DNA of 63,533 nt, filler included, from Blastocystis sp. subtype 4 (Eukaryota): NCBI RefSeq assembly GCF_000743755.1. It is 21 parts of 21 records of this genome, joined end to end, with 100 filler letters (N's around TTAATTAATTAA, not from the genome) between each part and the next. Parts side by side here need not be neighbours in the genome. Positions count along the whole stretch, not along the records: positions 1 to 2,897 come from NW_014568927.1; positions 2,998 to 7,016 come from NW_014568926.1; positions 7,117 to 9,986 come from NW_014568925.1; positions 10,087 to 12,952 come from NW_014568924.1; 17 more parts are not named here. One strand, 5' to 3'. Of this stretch, positions 1 through 11,965 are shown one piece after another (positions within the stretch are counted from its first letter, which is position 1; every line of letters starts with the position of its first letter). The notes beneath the pieces are model-generated. The model saw nothing but the letters and a program-made list of their open reading frames with translations. It had not been told where the DNA came from and did no database searches. The translations under genes were made by a program, and so were the position numbers.

Positions 1-99
1 AGAATATAGAATTGATAGGAAATTGGATGAAGAGTGATTGATGATATTGAGAAATGGATAAGGGCTACTTGGTGAGTACGAGATGATATTGCTTTTTTG
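1..99 (+). repeat. Left arm of perfect 99-bp inverted repeat
   Basis: 1-99 is the exact reverse complement of 2799-2897. Confidence 0.95.
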
Positions 100-473
100 G
101 ATTTATACCATAATTGTAATTTTGGTTGATAGGTTTAATATGATAATGTGTTAGTAATGAGCGTTCATCTGTTTCTTTCAATTTCACTGAAGTATTTAGA
201 ACTGTTAGTTTAACAGAAGTATTTTTGTTTATATAGCTCACTAACAATTGTGCAGTTGATGATCACTCAATCATTATTCTTTTATTGTTGCATATTTGTT
301 AACACGTTGTTCCATAATATTGTGTGAAGAATCAATCTACTCATCTCGAATTCTTTCTTTTCATCCAAATAGCTGTTGGGATAATTTGTAGCGAATGTAC
401 ATGAAGTAGAGTAAAATAGGATATATAATAGGGAATTCATTAAGATGCATTGTTCATTGATTCTTTAACTGAG

Positions 474-2422
474 ATGAGCAACATCATAGTTACGAATTGT
501 AGTTTGCCTCTTGTCTTTCTCGGTAATTATGTGATAGAGAATGTAGAAATGATAAGTGGTAATGAATTTAGTGGGAAAATGAGAATCGGAGTATTGATTG
601 ATAATGAACGATATGAGATGAGAGTAGAAATGAAAGAAGGAAAGAAAGAGGGAAATGGTTTGATTGTGAGAGAAGATGGAACACTGTTTATGAGAATGAT
701 GTTTGTGAATGATGAATGTGAAGGAGAAATAATGAAGAAGGATAAGTATGGCAACATTGTATTGAGAGGAAGAGTGGAGAAGGGAACGGAGGTGGGGATA
801 TGGATAGAATATGATGAGTCGGAAGAAGAGATATGGAGAGGATTATATCGAAATGGAAAGCGATATGTAACACTGAAAGAACAAGATGGAATGAAAGGAT
901 TCTATTCAGAAGTGAATATGAATGGAGAATTGTTGAGTGTGAGTGAATATGATGATAAGTGGATGAAGAATGGAGTATGTTTTGAAGTGGAGTCAGGATA
1001 CCTGAAGAGAGAATGTGTGTATGAGAATGGAATGAAGAAGAGAGTGATTCGAGAATTCACTGATAATGGATTAATGAGATTGTTTGATGATAATGGAGAG
1101 AAGGTGTATGAAGGAGTATGGTTTGGAGATGTGGTGAATGGATTTGGGATTCATCGTCGAATGGAAGGAATGAAAGGATTCTTCAAAGAAATGAATGGGA
1201 ATGGAGAATTATTGAGTGTGAGTGAATATGATGAATATGGATTATTGAAGAATGGTAAGTGTTTTGAGTATGAAGGAGGAAGATTGATTAGAGAATGTGA
1301 ATACAAGAATGGAAAGATGATGAGAGTATTGAGAGAATGGAAAGGAGAATGTATGATTGAATATGATGATAATGGAATGAGAGTATATGAAGGAAGATTT
1401 GAAGGAGATATGATGAAAGGATTTGTTCGAGAAGGAGAAGGTAAAGAATATGGAATTGATGGAAAGAGTGCATTGTATGTAGGTGGATGGAAGAATGGAT
1501 TGAGAGATGGATATGGAAGTGAATTCAAAGGATTGAATCCTGTGTATATTGGAGAATGGAAGAATGGATTGAGACATGGAAAGGGAAAGGAATTGAATGA
1601 GAATGAAGAAGTGGTAAGAAGAGGGAAATGGATCAAAGGTGAATATGTTGGAATCAAACGATTTGAAAATGGATATGGGAATGACTTGAGAGTATTAGAT
1701 AGCGATAGTTTGAAAAGAGTTGCAAGACTTGAGATTGGAGATGATTGTTTTACGAAAGTGAATCGAGTTGTAGTTGATGGACTGAATGAATTGGAAAGTG
1801 TGATCATTGGTGAGAATAACTTCCATCTCGATGGGAACACTGGAATAGGAAGCAAATGTGTGATAATGAATTGTGATCAATTGAAAGAAATCCGAATTGG
1901 AATCAAGACGTTTTATTGGTATGAAACATTTGAATTAATGAATCTCCCTTCTCTCATATCCATTCAATTGGATGATAATGCATTTCGTTTATGTCATTCA
2001 ATAGTATTTGAGAGTATGAATGATTGATGAATGATGAATGAGATCTGACTAGGCTTCAGTCTATCATTCTTGGATGGGCGGCATTTGATGGTGGAAATAC
2101 TCCTAAAGAATCGAATGTAGTGATAATGAAGAGTATAAAAGAATATGATATTGATTATCAGATCTCCCTTCTTTATCTCAAATGAAAGGTGATGGACTCA
2201 ATTTCGCTTGGACAAGAAAGATGACACTGGAGAGTGATAATTGATCATTGTATTTGAAATAGATATTCCACTAATAACTGAAGAAGGTATTCAGCTTACT
2301 GGTGACGATACATTCTGTAGGGTAAAAGAATTGAACTGTTCAAGTATGTTTCATGGATTGGTAATGATTGAGATGCTGATTCTCTTGAACAGTACATTCG
2401 ACACAAAATAACAAACTACTAA
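474..2422 (+). CDS. MORN-like repeat protein with C-terminal LRR-like (BspA-like) repeats; four 29-nt introns
   Basis: YxGxWKNG and GxGxE repeats, then ELxNLPSL-type repeats. Removing GT-AG introns 2014-2042, 2133-2161, 2234-2262 and 2344-2372 extends the frame to TAA at 2420-2422. Paralog at 59244. Confidence 0.85.
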
Positions 2423-2798
2423 TAAACCATCCCCAACTATAGTATTCAACAACATGCACTTCCTGTAAACTAGTCAATAGTAATTGTACAAAATAGGGTA
2501 AACTTTTGCACGATGTTTATTTCACAAGATCATACAATCCACTACAAATAGGTAGAAATTATATATGAGTAGAGTATCAATAGATAATATAGGATCAGTT
2601 ACAGGCAAAATAAAGAGATCAAGGAATAGCTGCTACTTTAAGATCGTGTACAAATTACTCCATTTTGTTCAAATAATACATAAATGAGGGACACTGATAA
2701 TGAATACATATATACAAAACAGAGAAGCAAATAAGTCAAGTAAAAGGAGAGACTCAGTTCAAAATGGAGTAAAAACTCTATTCTACCACTGAAAAAGA

Positions 2799-2897
2799 CA
2801 AAAAAGCAATATCATCTCGTACTCACCAAGTAGCCCTTATCCATTTCTCAATATCATCAATCACTCTTCATCCAATTTCCTATCAATTCTATATTCT
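2799..2897 (-). repeat. Right arm of perfect 99-bp inverted repeat
   Basis: Exact reverse complement of 1-99; ends at the contig edge. Confidence 0.95.
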
Positions 2898-2997
2898 NNN
2901 NNNNNNNNNNNNNNNNNNNNNNNNNNNNNNNNNNNNNNNNNTTAATTAATTAANNNNNNNNNNNNNNNNNNNNNNNNNNNNNNNNNNNNNNNNNNNN
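2898..2997. other. Artificial contig spacer N44-TTAATTAATTAA-N44, the first of about 20 (others near 7017, 9987, 12953, 15907, 18852, 22483, 25400, 28351, 31248, 34121, 37061, 39897, 42818, 45621, 49799, 52560, 55316, 58064, 60805)
   Basis: Identical six-frame-stop linker flanked by N runs each time. Confidence 0.98.
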
Positions 2998-4952
2998 TCT
3001 GTTAATGAAAGAACTATCGATTTCAATTCTTTCATTTCTTATCAATCTGGCATTTCTACTGATAATCCTTGTTCTATTTATCCTCATTCTATCTCTGCTT
3101 CTGGTACATTCAATTATCGTTCAGAAGCATTTGATTACAAGTGGAATTATCGTGCAGTGATATCTCCTTCTTATCTTCCTGCCTATGTGATTGGTTCATT
3201 TACGATTATCATTCCTCTTATCAATTCTATTCGATTATATACTGATGGTTATCCAGAATACTCTCCTTCTTCATTCATTGTATCAGGAAGTGATTCTGAT
3301 TCTTCTTGGACTACTCTATTCACTCAATCTGGTCAGACTTATAATGCGAATTCATGGAAACAATGGTCATTGAATTCTCCTTCACAATTCAAATCAATCA
3401 AGTTCACTGTCAATTCTGTTCAATCAACTGATTATGCCTTTATCTCTGAACTTCAATTCATGACTTGTAATCAAGATATCACTCTTCCTCATTCCTTTTA
3501 TTCATTCTTAATAGATCAACCTGTTGTTTTATCAACTGATATGGATGGAATCACAAACTGTNCAGGAAGTGATTCTGATTCTTCTTGGACTACTCTATTC
3601 ACTCAATCTGGTCAGACTTATAATGCGAATTCATGGAAACAATGGTCATTGAATTCTCCTTCACAATTCAAATCAATCAAGTTCACTGTCAATTCTGTTC
3701 AATCAACTTCTGAAGCTCGTATTACTGAACTTCAATTCATGACATGTAATCAAGATATCACTCTTTCTCTTCCTCAATCCTCCTATTCATTCTTCATTCA
3801 TCAATCCATCTCATTAACAATTGATATGAATGGAATCACAAACTGTATCATTTCTCCTCCTCTTCCTCAAGGACTCATTCTCAATCGTACTACTTGTATT
3901 ATCTCTGGAACTCTCACTTCTCTTTCTTTCTCTTCTTACAATATCACTGCCATTTCTGATTCAAACACTTTCATTCGTATTGTATCAATTGAGATCATTT
4001 CACCTCTCATCTCATATCCTCAAACCAATCTCATCATTGGTCAAGGACTATCCTTCTCTATCACTCCCAATCTCACCAAAGTCTCTACTATCTCCATTGT
4101 CTCAGGATCACTTCCTATTGGTCTATCTATCAATCCATCAACTGGAGTCATCTCTGGAATTCCATCTCAATTACTCTCTTCTCAATCAGTCACAATCGAA
4201 GCAGTGAATGGAACAGTAATTCAAACTGTTGTTCTTTCATTCACTGTTATCACTCCTATCTCTCTTTCTCATATTCTCAATCATCTTATGTTCTATCAAG
4301 AGATGATCCTGTTTCAATCATTCCTACAGTCAATGGAGATCAACTCTCATTCTCTGTTTCATCAGGATCTCTTCCTACTGGTCTATCATTCGATTCATCA
4401 ACAGGAATCATATCTGGAACGCCTCTATCTTCAATTCCTCTCACAAATATCACCATTCAAGCATCCAATCAAGTCGGATCAATTCAATTCACAATCTCCA
4501 TTCAAGTCATTATTCCTCTATCCAATCTTCATTATTCTCAATTCTCATTCACTCTCATCAAAGGACAATCATTCTCAATCTCTCCAATCATTTCAGGAGA
4601 CAATCCTCTATTCACAATCACTTCAGGAACTCTTCCTCCTGGTCTCTCTCTCAATCAATCAACTGGAATCATTTCTGGTATTCCTTCATCTACATTCCCA
4701 TCTACACTCGTCATCATTCAGGCTTCCAATGAACTTGGATTCATTCAAACTCAACTATCCTTTACTGTCAATGCTCTATCCACTCTCACTATCATTCTCA
4801 TCTCTCTTTCTATTCTTATCATTCTCATTATTCTTATCATCATCATTCTCATCATTCTATCAAAGAAGAAGAAACATACTCTACCAAAGAAGTCAATAGA
4901 AGAAGTGAAATCTGTTGAGAATCGTATTCCAAATCCATCTCATTCTGTATAA
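2998..4952 (+). CDS. Type I membrane surface protein: F5/8-like beta-sandwich, putative Ig (He_PIG-like) repeats, TM helix and basic tail; 5'-truncated, frameshift near 4265
   Basis: ISELQF motif; repeated LPxGLSINxxTGxISGxP; a second frame continues the repeats into an Ile/Leu TM segment and SKKKKH, ending TAA at 4950-4952. Confidence 0.75.
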
Positions 4953-5639
4953 TCAATCATTTGTTATTTCAACTCTTTGATTCTATTCAAACAATCACAA
5001 ACAGTGATAGAAAGGACTATTGATGATACAACTCTTTCTATCCATTAATCATCTCATCACATTATCAATCATACTATCAGAGATCTGAGGCCAAGCGTTC
5101 TCTGTGGAGTCAGCGCCTTAACTCCATTAGCTGACGCCATGAAGGAATTCAAAATGGTTAGGTAAAAGACCAAATGGTGTGAATAGAGAAATATACTCTC
5201 TGACACTAGCTGATGGGTAGCTAACAAGGTGAAGAACAACCGTATGGTGTAACCAGAATATGCCCTAATTTTGCACAGCAAATCAACTGGATTGAAACAC
5301 GGAAGATGGATATCGACGCATAAAGATTTCTGCAATATGAAGTGGAGAATCTTGATCATTCAACGAATGGATAATGCCACTATTATCAGGGTTATGCGAA
5401 AGGGTTAAATAGTAAGATTATAATACAATAACTAAATGGACTCTAGCTTTCATTCTCATTGCTTACAATCACTTTCAGTTAATCTTTCAATCAAACAGGA
5501 ATACAACCTAGTGCACCTAATGTAATCCCATTAATCAGCTTGTCTATGAGGATTATCATGGGATTTCTATACTAACTTCTCTTTTTGAGCCTAGTGTAAT
5601 CAAAGTGAATGATTCTTATTACTATCACTTAGTAGTAGT

Positions 5640-5870
5640 ATTTTGACGCATGTTACTTATTTCAAAATGCCCATACCAAAAATGGTATAATGCCCATAAA
5701 GAAGCTCGAAAAGGCAGACATTTTAACAACAAATAGGAAACATCTAACCCATTTCAAGTCAAGTCATGGGAAGAATAAGAACATAAGTTTTACATCTATT
5801 ATTATAATGGTTAACAATGACTAATAATGAATCTCAAATATTTTGTTGTTTGTTTTCTAGCAATTACATA
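5640..5870 (+). repeat. Dispersed repeat copy A
   Basis: cataaagaagctcgaaaaggcagacatttt...ttctagcaat aligns with ~24895-25073 and with the reverse complement of ~27281-27360. Confidence 0.8.
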
Positions 5871-5900
5871 AAACACACAGTATATTTTGCCTGAAAGATT

Positions 5901-6167
5901 ATGACATTAATAAACAGTATGAGATTTCCTAATGATATGATTCAACGATACATTTCAGAAATGATAAGTCACCTATTCACAAACTATCAAACAACAATTG
6001 ATGATAAACTACTCTATACAATGATTCAAAACTATGGACAACATCTTAGTCCATATCCATTCGATGGTTATTATGTTCATGTTGGTAATCAACGATATAA
6101 AGTACTACTGTCAGAAGCATCATTCTGTAATTATGGTATTTACATATTGAAAGCTCCTGAATCATGA
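5901..6167 (+). CDS. Hypothetical intronless 88-aa protein
   Basis: ATG-to-stop ORF only; no recognised motif. Confidence 0.3.
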   Translation: MTLINSMRFPNDMIQRYISEMISHLFTNYQTTIDDKLLYTMIQNYGQHLSPYPFDGYYVHVGNQRYKVLLSEASFCNYGIYILKAPES

Positions 6168-6304
6168 AATACGTGTCAAATTGAATTTGTTTTTCTTTTC
6201 GTATTATTAAATGAGCATTGTTTCACCCTCTTCCATAGATATTCAAAATGATCTGCTAGATGTTACTAGCAAGGGTATTTCTCATAACAATAAGACTATC
6301 TTTC

Positions 6305-7016
6305 TCAAATAATCGTGAAAGAACGAATTACTTCCTCCTTTTGATCTTTGATCAAACTCACAAATCGAATCTTCATATTCCTTCCAACATTCATAGTCAT
6401 TTTCCCTTCTTGTTTTGTTGTAGCTCGTATCCAATAAGTATTAACAACACCATTGTTGAAAGCATTCACAAATCCAAGAGGAGTAGTGAGATTTGGCATC
6501 TTCACATACCAACATCTTCTGAATGATGATAATATCATAGATCGAATATTGTTTCTATTATCAACAGGAAAGAATGGATTATCAATGATAATATCATAGA
6601 TCGAATATTGTTTCTATTATCAACAGGAAAGAATGGATTATCACAGGTCATTGATATAGATGGAACATTATTGTTTCGACAAGAGATGAGAAATCCATTA
6701 TGATAATTCTCTGTACATACTACAAGATGTGTTGATGCTATCACTCTATATCGATTATTGATCATATTCACTATCACATTTCCTATATCACTTAATATAT
6801 GTTCTGTACATACTACAAGATGTGTTGATGCTATCATTCTATATCGATTATTGATCATATTTGCTATTGCTATCCCAATATCACTTAATGTATGTTTTCC
6901 TGCACTTATTGTACATGGATACTCTTTCTGTATCACCATCAATCTTACATGTCAAATGAACATCATTTCCTATCCATATCTCATCTCCATAATCACATTT
7001 ACTAGATATCCATTCA
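6305..7016 (-). pseudogene. Disrupted intronless ORF, possibly virion-protein-like
   Basis: ORFs 6535-6942 and 6305-6538 fuse if one copy of a 59-bp tandem duplication (6526-6643) is removed. Contains TISAGKHTLSDIGIAIANMIN and a 31-aa internal duplication. Confidence 0.4.
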
Positions 7017-7115
7017 NNNNNNNNNNNNNNNNNNNNNNNNNNNNNNNNNNNNNNNNNNNNTTAATTAATTAANNNNNNNNNNNNNNNNNNNNNNNNNNNN
7101 NNNNNNNNNNNNNNN

Positions 7116-8266
7116 NTCATCGTGCTTCTCATTCTCCTGAAACTAGTGAGATTGTCTTTGATCTTCGAGCGACTCTTGTATCTAGTTCGTGTATTCTTCA
7201 ATCATTGAATGGAAAGGCATCGGATCCTTCTGGATCATCAGTAGTACATGGTCCTGAGAATGCTTTTGATCTGGATACATTCAATTATTGGCAACCAGAG
7301 TCTCTCCCTGCAACTCTTCGATATACATTTGGAAATGATGCTTTAGTAGTAGTGAATAAGGCTGCTATTTACTCAACAAAGACTGATATTCCTTCCTCTC
7401 TCCGAATTGAAGGAGTGAATAAGGACAATTCTACAGTAGTCTTATATTCAATGAAGAGTGGAACATTCTTAAGGAATGAAGAAGAAGTTATGTACTTTGA
7501 GAACTCTCAACCATTCCATTCATATCAATTTGTATTTGAAAGTTCATTAGGAGGAAGGGTATTCCGAGTATATGATGTTCGTTTCTATAGTTGTACTGAT
7601 CAGAATTGTAAGAAGAAAGGAAGTTATGCCGCTTCATATCCAGACACTACGCAGTATGGAAAATGTTCATTGATGAGTGTGGGAATGAATCAAATGCATT
7701 GTGAAGAAGGAGATGGAAACGTAAGTTGGCGAGAAGATAGAACGGCTTGTTTGAAGCGAACTCCGTCTAAAGGAGTTGCTTACATTGATTGGTCATTTGT
7801 TATCGTGAATATGACAAGAATCGATTGGTCTGGAATGTCTTCTCAGATGGTTTCATTGTTAACCAATCAGATGAGAATAACAGAAAACGAGATCGATTTT
7901 GTGTTGGATCAAGATATATCGAATGCGACAACAATCAAATTGAGTGTATTGTGTCGTTTCACTGTTGAATATGAACTTGGTGATTATATGTTAAAGCATC
8001 TCAACATGTTGAGTTTACAATTTAATGAACTTGTGAAGAAGTATTTCAGCTTAAAGAAATATATATCTGCATGGATTGAAGAGATTCATCTTCGAGAACC
8101 AATTCAGATTGGTTCTATTGTATTAGTGTGTGTGACTGTAGTGATTGTATTGTTACTTGTCGGACTTGGTTATTTAATCCGAGTCCGTGTTGTATCCAGG
8201 AAGTATCAAAAGTCGTTGAAGCGGCTAAGAAAGGAAGAAGAAGCGATTTTGCTTGAATCTGTATAG
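7116..8266 (+). CDS. Type I membrane protein with F5/8-like domain and Cys-rich linker, 5'-truncated
   Basis: PENAFDLDTFNYW discoidin-like start, C-terminal TM helix and basic tail; TGTTTGTT at 8269. Confidence 0.75.
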
Positions 8267-8268
8267 AG

Positions 8269-8276
8269 TGTTTGTT
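8269..8276 (+). promoter_or_regulatory. GU-rich polyadenylation element TGTTTGTT
   Basis: Four nt separate it from the T (8264) of the stop codon, matching the known Blastocystis spacing. Confidence 0.8.
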
Positions 8277-8469
8277 TCTGTACAGTATACACTAGATGAC
8301 TTGTTATTGGTGGTAAAGTATTTCTAAAGTGTAAATAGTAAAATGGATCCATAATTACGTATATTTTCAAAATGTAAGAAGAACATTCGAAGGAAGCAAT
8401 GGAGGGCGTTACAGAACCAATTGTGTACCAAAATCAACACCTAAGAAACATATTATTATTATAAACGGA

Positions 8470-9986
8470 ATGAATGAGACTCCAGATTTAAAAACGATTG
8501 AAGAGTACTACTGAAATGCCATGTTGACGAATCAGAAGCATCCCAGAAAGCTATGAAGAACATGCCAACTTGTTCTCAAAAATCCTATTCCTTTGGTTAA
8601 ATCCTTTGCTCTCCTTAGGCAACAAGCGTCCTTTGAATCCTGTTGATTTGCCTCAGTTATCGTATGAATTATATTCCAAACCTCAAAAACAGACATTGTG
8701 ATCGTTCAGAAGTCGTTTATGATCGTATTGAAGAAAAGTGGGAAGAAACAAAGAAAACAAAGTTGGAATTGTGTTTATAAACGATATATAGTCCAAGCCT
8801 TTTCAAAAGTATGGCAAAATCCTTTGGCTTACCGTTTTGTTTGGCAGCAGTGCTAAAACTAATTCATGATATATGTCAGTTTGTTGGACCCATCATGCTG
8901 AGTAGAATCACTGACTTTCTGGAGGATACCGATCCATCACTTCCCAAAGTAGATTTCGTTCATTGTAGTGATATTATAGAGTCGTGGTTACATGTATGGT
9001 GTCATTATGTTTGTTGCCGCTTTGATCCAGAGTCTTTGTCTTCGGAATTACTTCTATCTCTGTTTCCGAACTGGTTTACGTCTTCGATCTTCCTGTGTGA
9101 CTATGGTGTAAATGTTTGTTATATGTTTCATTCTAGATACAACAAATCGCTTCGATTAAGTACAGCCTCCCGTGCACAGTATAGTCAGGGAGAGATTATG
9201 AATCTTATGGAAGTGGATAGTCAGAAATTTCAGGACATTACTAGTTATCTTCAAACAATCTGGTCAGGTCCGTTTCAGATTATTGGATCTCTGATCTTGC
9301 TGTGGCAACAACTGAACTGGGCAACGCTAAGTGGAGTGGCTGTAATGATAGTCATGATTCCATTCACAAGGTTTATTTCTCGGAAATTGGCAGGTATTCA
9401 ACGTGAGCTTATGAAGGTGAAAGATGACCGAATCAACACGACATCAGAAGCTCTAGAAGGAATCAAGTTGATCAAACTTCAAGCATGGGAACGATCCTTT
9501 TTACAAAGAATTGGAGGCATTCGTACCAATGAATTGAGTGTTTTACGCAGGTAATGAGTGTCTTTGATAATCAAGAATCACTAATCACTTACCTTGTTTT
9601 AGATATATTCTTATGCAAACTCTCTCAACTTGTATCTGGAATGCAACTCCTTATCTTGTCAGCACTCTTTCCTTCTTGTTATTCATTCTCTTAGGAAATC
9701 AACTTACAACAACTATTGCATTCACATCGATTTCTCTGTACTCATGCTGAATTGTCCTCATGTGTAGTTTCAACATTTTGAGGTTCCCACTGACTCGTTT
9801 CCCTGAGGTATCAGAAGGAGGAATGAATGATGAATAGACAATCAACAATCTGGCTGAGTGTTCTGTTTCTCTGAAGCGTGTTCAGAACTTCCTTCTGGCT
9901 GAAGAGATTGAGAAGCCTTCTCGTAACAATCGAGAGCGAGTTGGTGTGACTGTGTCTCATGGTGACTTCTATTGGAATGAAGTAGG
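8470..9986 (+). CDS. ABCC/MRP-type ABC transporter, N-terminal part (TMD1), multiple short introns, 3'-truncated
   Basis: ANLFSKILFLWLNPLL; GEIMNLMEVD; KDDRINTTSEALEGIKLIKLQAWE; FNILRFPL; VSLKRVQNFLLAEE. Confidence 0.9.
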
Positions 9987-10086
9987 NNNNNNNNNNNNNN
10001 NNNNNNNNNNNNNNNNNNNNNNNNNNNNNNTTAATTAATTAANNNNNNNNNNNNNNNNNNNNNNNNNNNNNNNNNNNNNNNNNNNN

Positions 10087-10257
10087 TTTTGATGAATTGA
10101 TAATGGAATTGAGAAAAGGAAGACCATAAGGATTGCTTTCCACTTCTTTAATAACTGTGAGATTCAATGCTAGTGCATAATCAGTTACATTTGGAGATGA
10201 AGCAATAATCACTCCTTTGAATGAGTATTCTCTTTGAAGAATGGACATTGCATTCAT
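10087..10257 (-). CDS. Fragment of putative glycosyltransferase-like protein, 3'-truncated
   Basis: VESNPYGLPFLNSI motif; fragment only. Confidence 0.3.
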
Positions 10258-10543
10258 TGTATTAATCAGTTTAGGTGATGGAATCTACTGTTAAGACTTT
10301 GAAAATGGATTACATCTTCTGGTGTAGTAATGGACATCACTAACAGAATGATATCATTACTCCTTCTTAATTGAATTGATTGGATTTCACTATTAGAATA
10401 CACATAATAATACCTGTTGATAGCAATACAGACAATAAGGAATACAGATAATATTCTTCCTTGACAGCTCATCATAGGAATAATATGCTTTCATTGTTGT
10501 TACAGTTATTATGTGTTTCATTATTAAAACAAATAGAAGAACA

Positions 10544-10890
10544 TCAGTTATCGAATTGCATATGATTCTCTAAAACAGAATTGAGAGTATTGATTGTGAC
10601 TGCAATGTTGTATTTAGATTTAAATGATTGAAGGAGCCTTCTGTCTGTATCAGTTTGATTGTTACACTTCTCAGCATCTTGATGAAAACTAACTGATGAA
10701 GGATGCTGAGAATCACATGCTTGATGAATGCCCAAGGACTGAACGAAAATGGAGATAACTGATTGATCTTGTATGTGATTCCTTCGATGACTACCAATAG
10801 GAATGATACATTTCTTAGTCAAAGAACACTTGACTGTTGGATATATGATATTCTCCATCACTGTTCTATTCCTGTAGTCAATAATCAGAT
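10544..10890 (-). pseudogene. DUF1647-like C-terminal fragment
   Basis: CSLTKKCIIPIGSHRRNHIQDQSVISI resembles the CxxPxGSxxxNHRQDQS motif. Confidence 0.45.
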
Positions 10891-11965
10891 ATCCACCATT
10901 ACAACACACTTGCCTGCATCTTCATTGAAATTGCCAACAAGTCCTTCAATTGTTGTTTTGGCTGTTTCACTAGGATCATACCATCTTGAGATGATGTCAA
11001 ATAACATATCCTTTCCAAATCTTTGAATCCATACAAGGACACAATTCAATACGAGTTCCTGCCTTTACAGCAAGAATACTAATGATGTTCTTCAATGGTT
11101 GAATCCACTTCATACACTGTTCTTGTGAATATGAACTATCAGGATCCAATGCTACTTCTCCTAGTCCAAATGTGTTCACAAACTCTTCAAAATCCTTTCC
11201 AATCTCTTCTTTGTACTCTCTATTCATGATATCAGGTCGAATATCAATGAAGAGATTGTAGTACTTATCACCACTTGGTTCAGTATACAACTACTTCCTT
11301 GGTTTTGTGATATCATCTTTTCTAGAAGCGAATTGAATACTCTTGAACAGATACTCACAACCAGATTGAGCCAGTATTCCCTTGAATTCCTGTGGTGAAT
11401 AGATGATCAGTTTCTTGTCGACTGATGTTCTCATTACAGTCTTGGCAACATTAATATCATAGACACAATACCGATTCAGATATTCAATCTGTCTATCAGT
11501 TCGATCTCCTTGCTTGAGACTTTGTAATACACTGATTTTGAAGTTCTCATTAGGGAATTCCATCTCTTTAGGCTGATCATTCAGATACTCAGCATAGGTA
11601 TTGAACTCAATAGGAGGATAGTTGGCTGGATTGAAATCATTCTGTTCAAATGGTTTGGAAATGAACTTGACACCTGATAGATTAATGAGGAAGTCCTTGT
11701 CAGAGTGTAGATAATCATTGATTGCATCAGTGAGTGTATTTGTTGTGTATCCGATCTTCTCAAGTACTGACTTCAATACCATACAACCATCAAAGCAGTA
11801 TACACATGTTGAAATGTCAATACCAAGATCTTGAAGCTTCTTATATACCTTCTTCATTACTTCAATTTCAATGAACTGCATACAGTTACTGATAGTGGAA
11901 TTGTCAATATCATATTCTCTTGTCAATTTCTTCGACAAAGAATCTGTAATGAAGATGATATTCAA
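10890..11965 (-). mobile_element. Decayed viral PolA-like (TVpol-type) polymerase plus SF3 (D5/DUF5906-like) helicase fusion
   Basis: QFIEIEVM...YCFDGCMV polymerase motif; in-frame TAG at 11291-11293; YNLF; frameshifted Walker A (QRFGKD) followed by MLFDII...LVGNFNEDAGKCVVMVD (Walker B); no introns. Confidence 0.65.

Noticed and set aside
3283..3770. ~200-bp direct duplication within the F5/8-like domain
   Set aside because: The copies are joined at a single N (3562), typical of scaffolding overlap or allele/paralog merging; probably an artefact.
5069..5359. GC-richer ORF that might be a mobile-element fragment
   Set aside because: No recognisable motif in the frames examined.
11291..11293. 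Possible TAG read-through or alternative genetic code
   Set aside because: Nearby frameshifts indicate pseudogene decay, and TAG is used as a normal stop elsewhere (33835, 55274).
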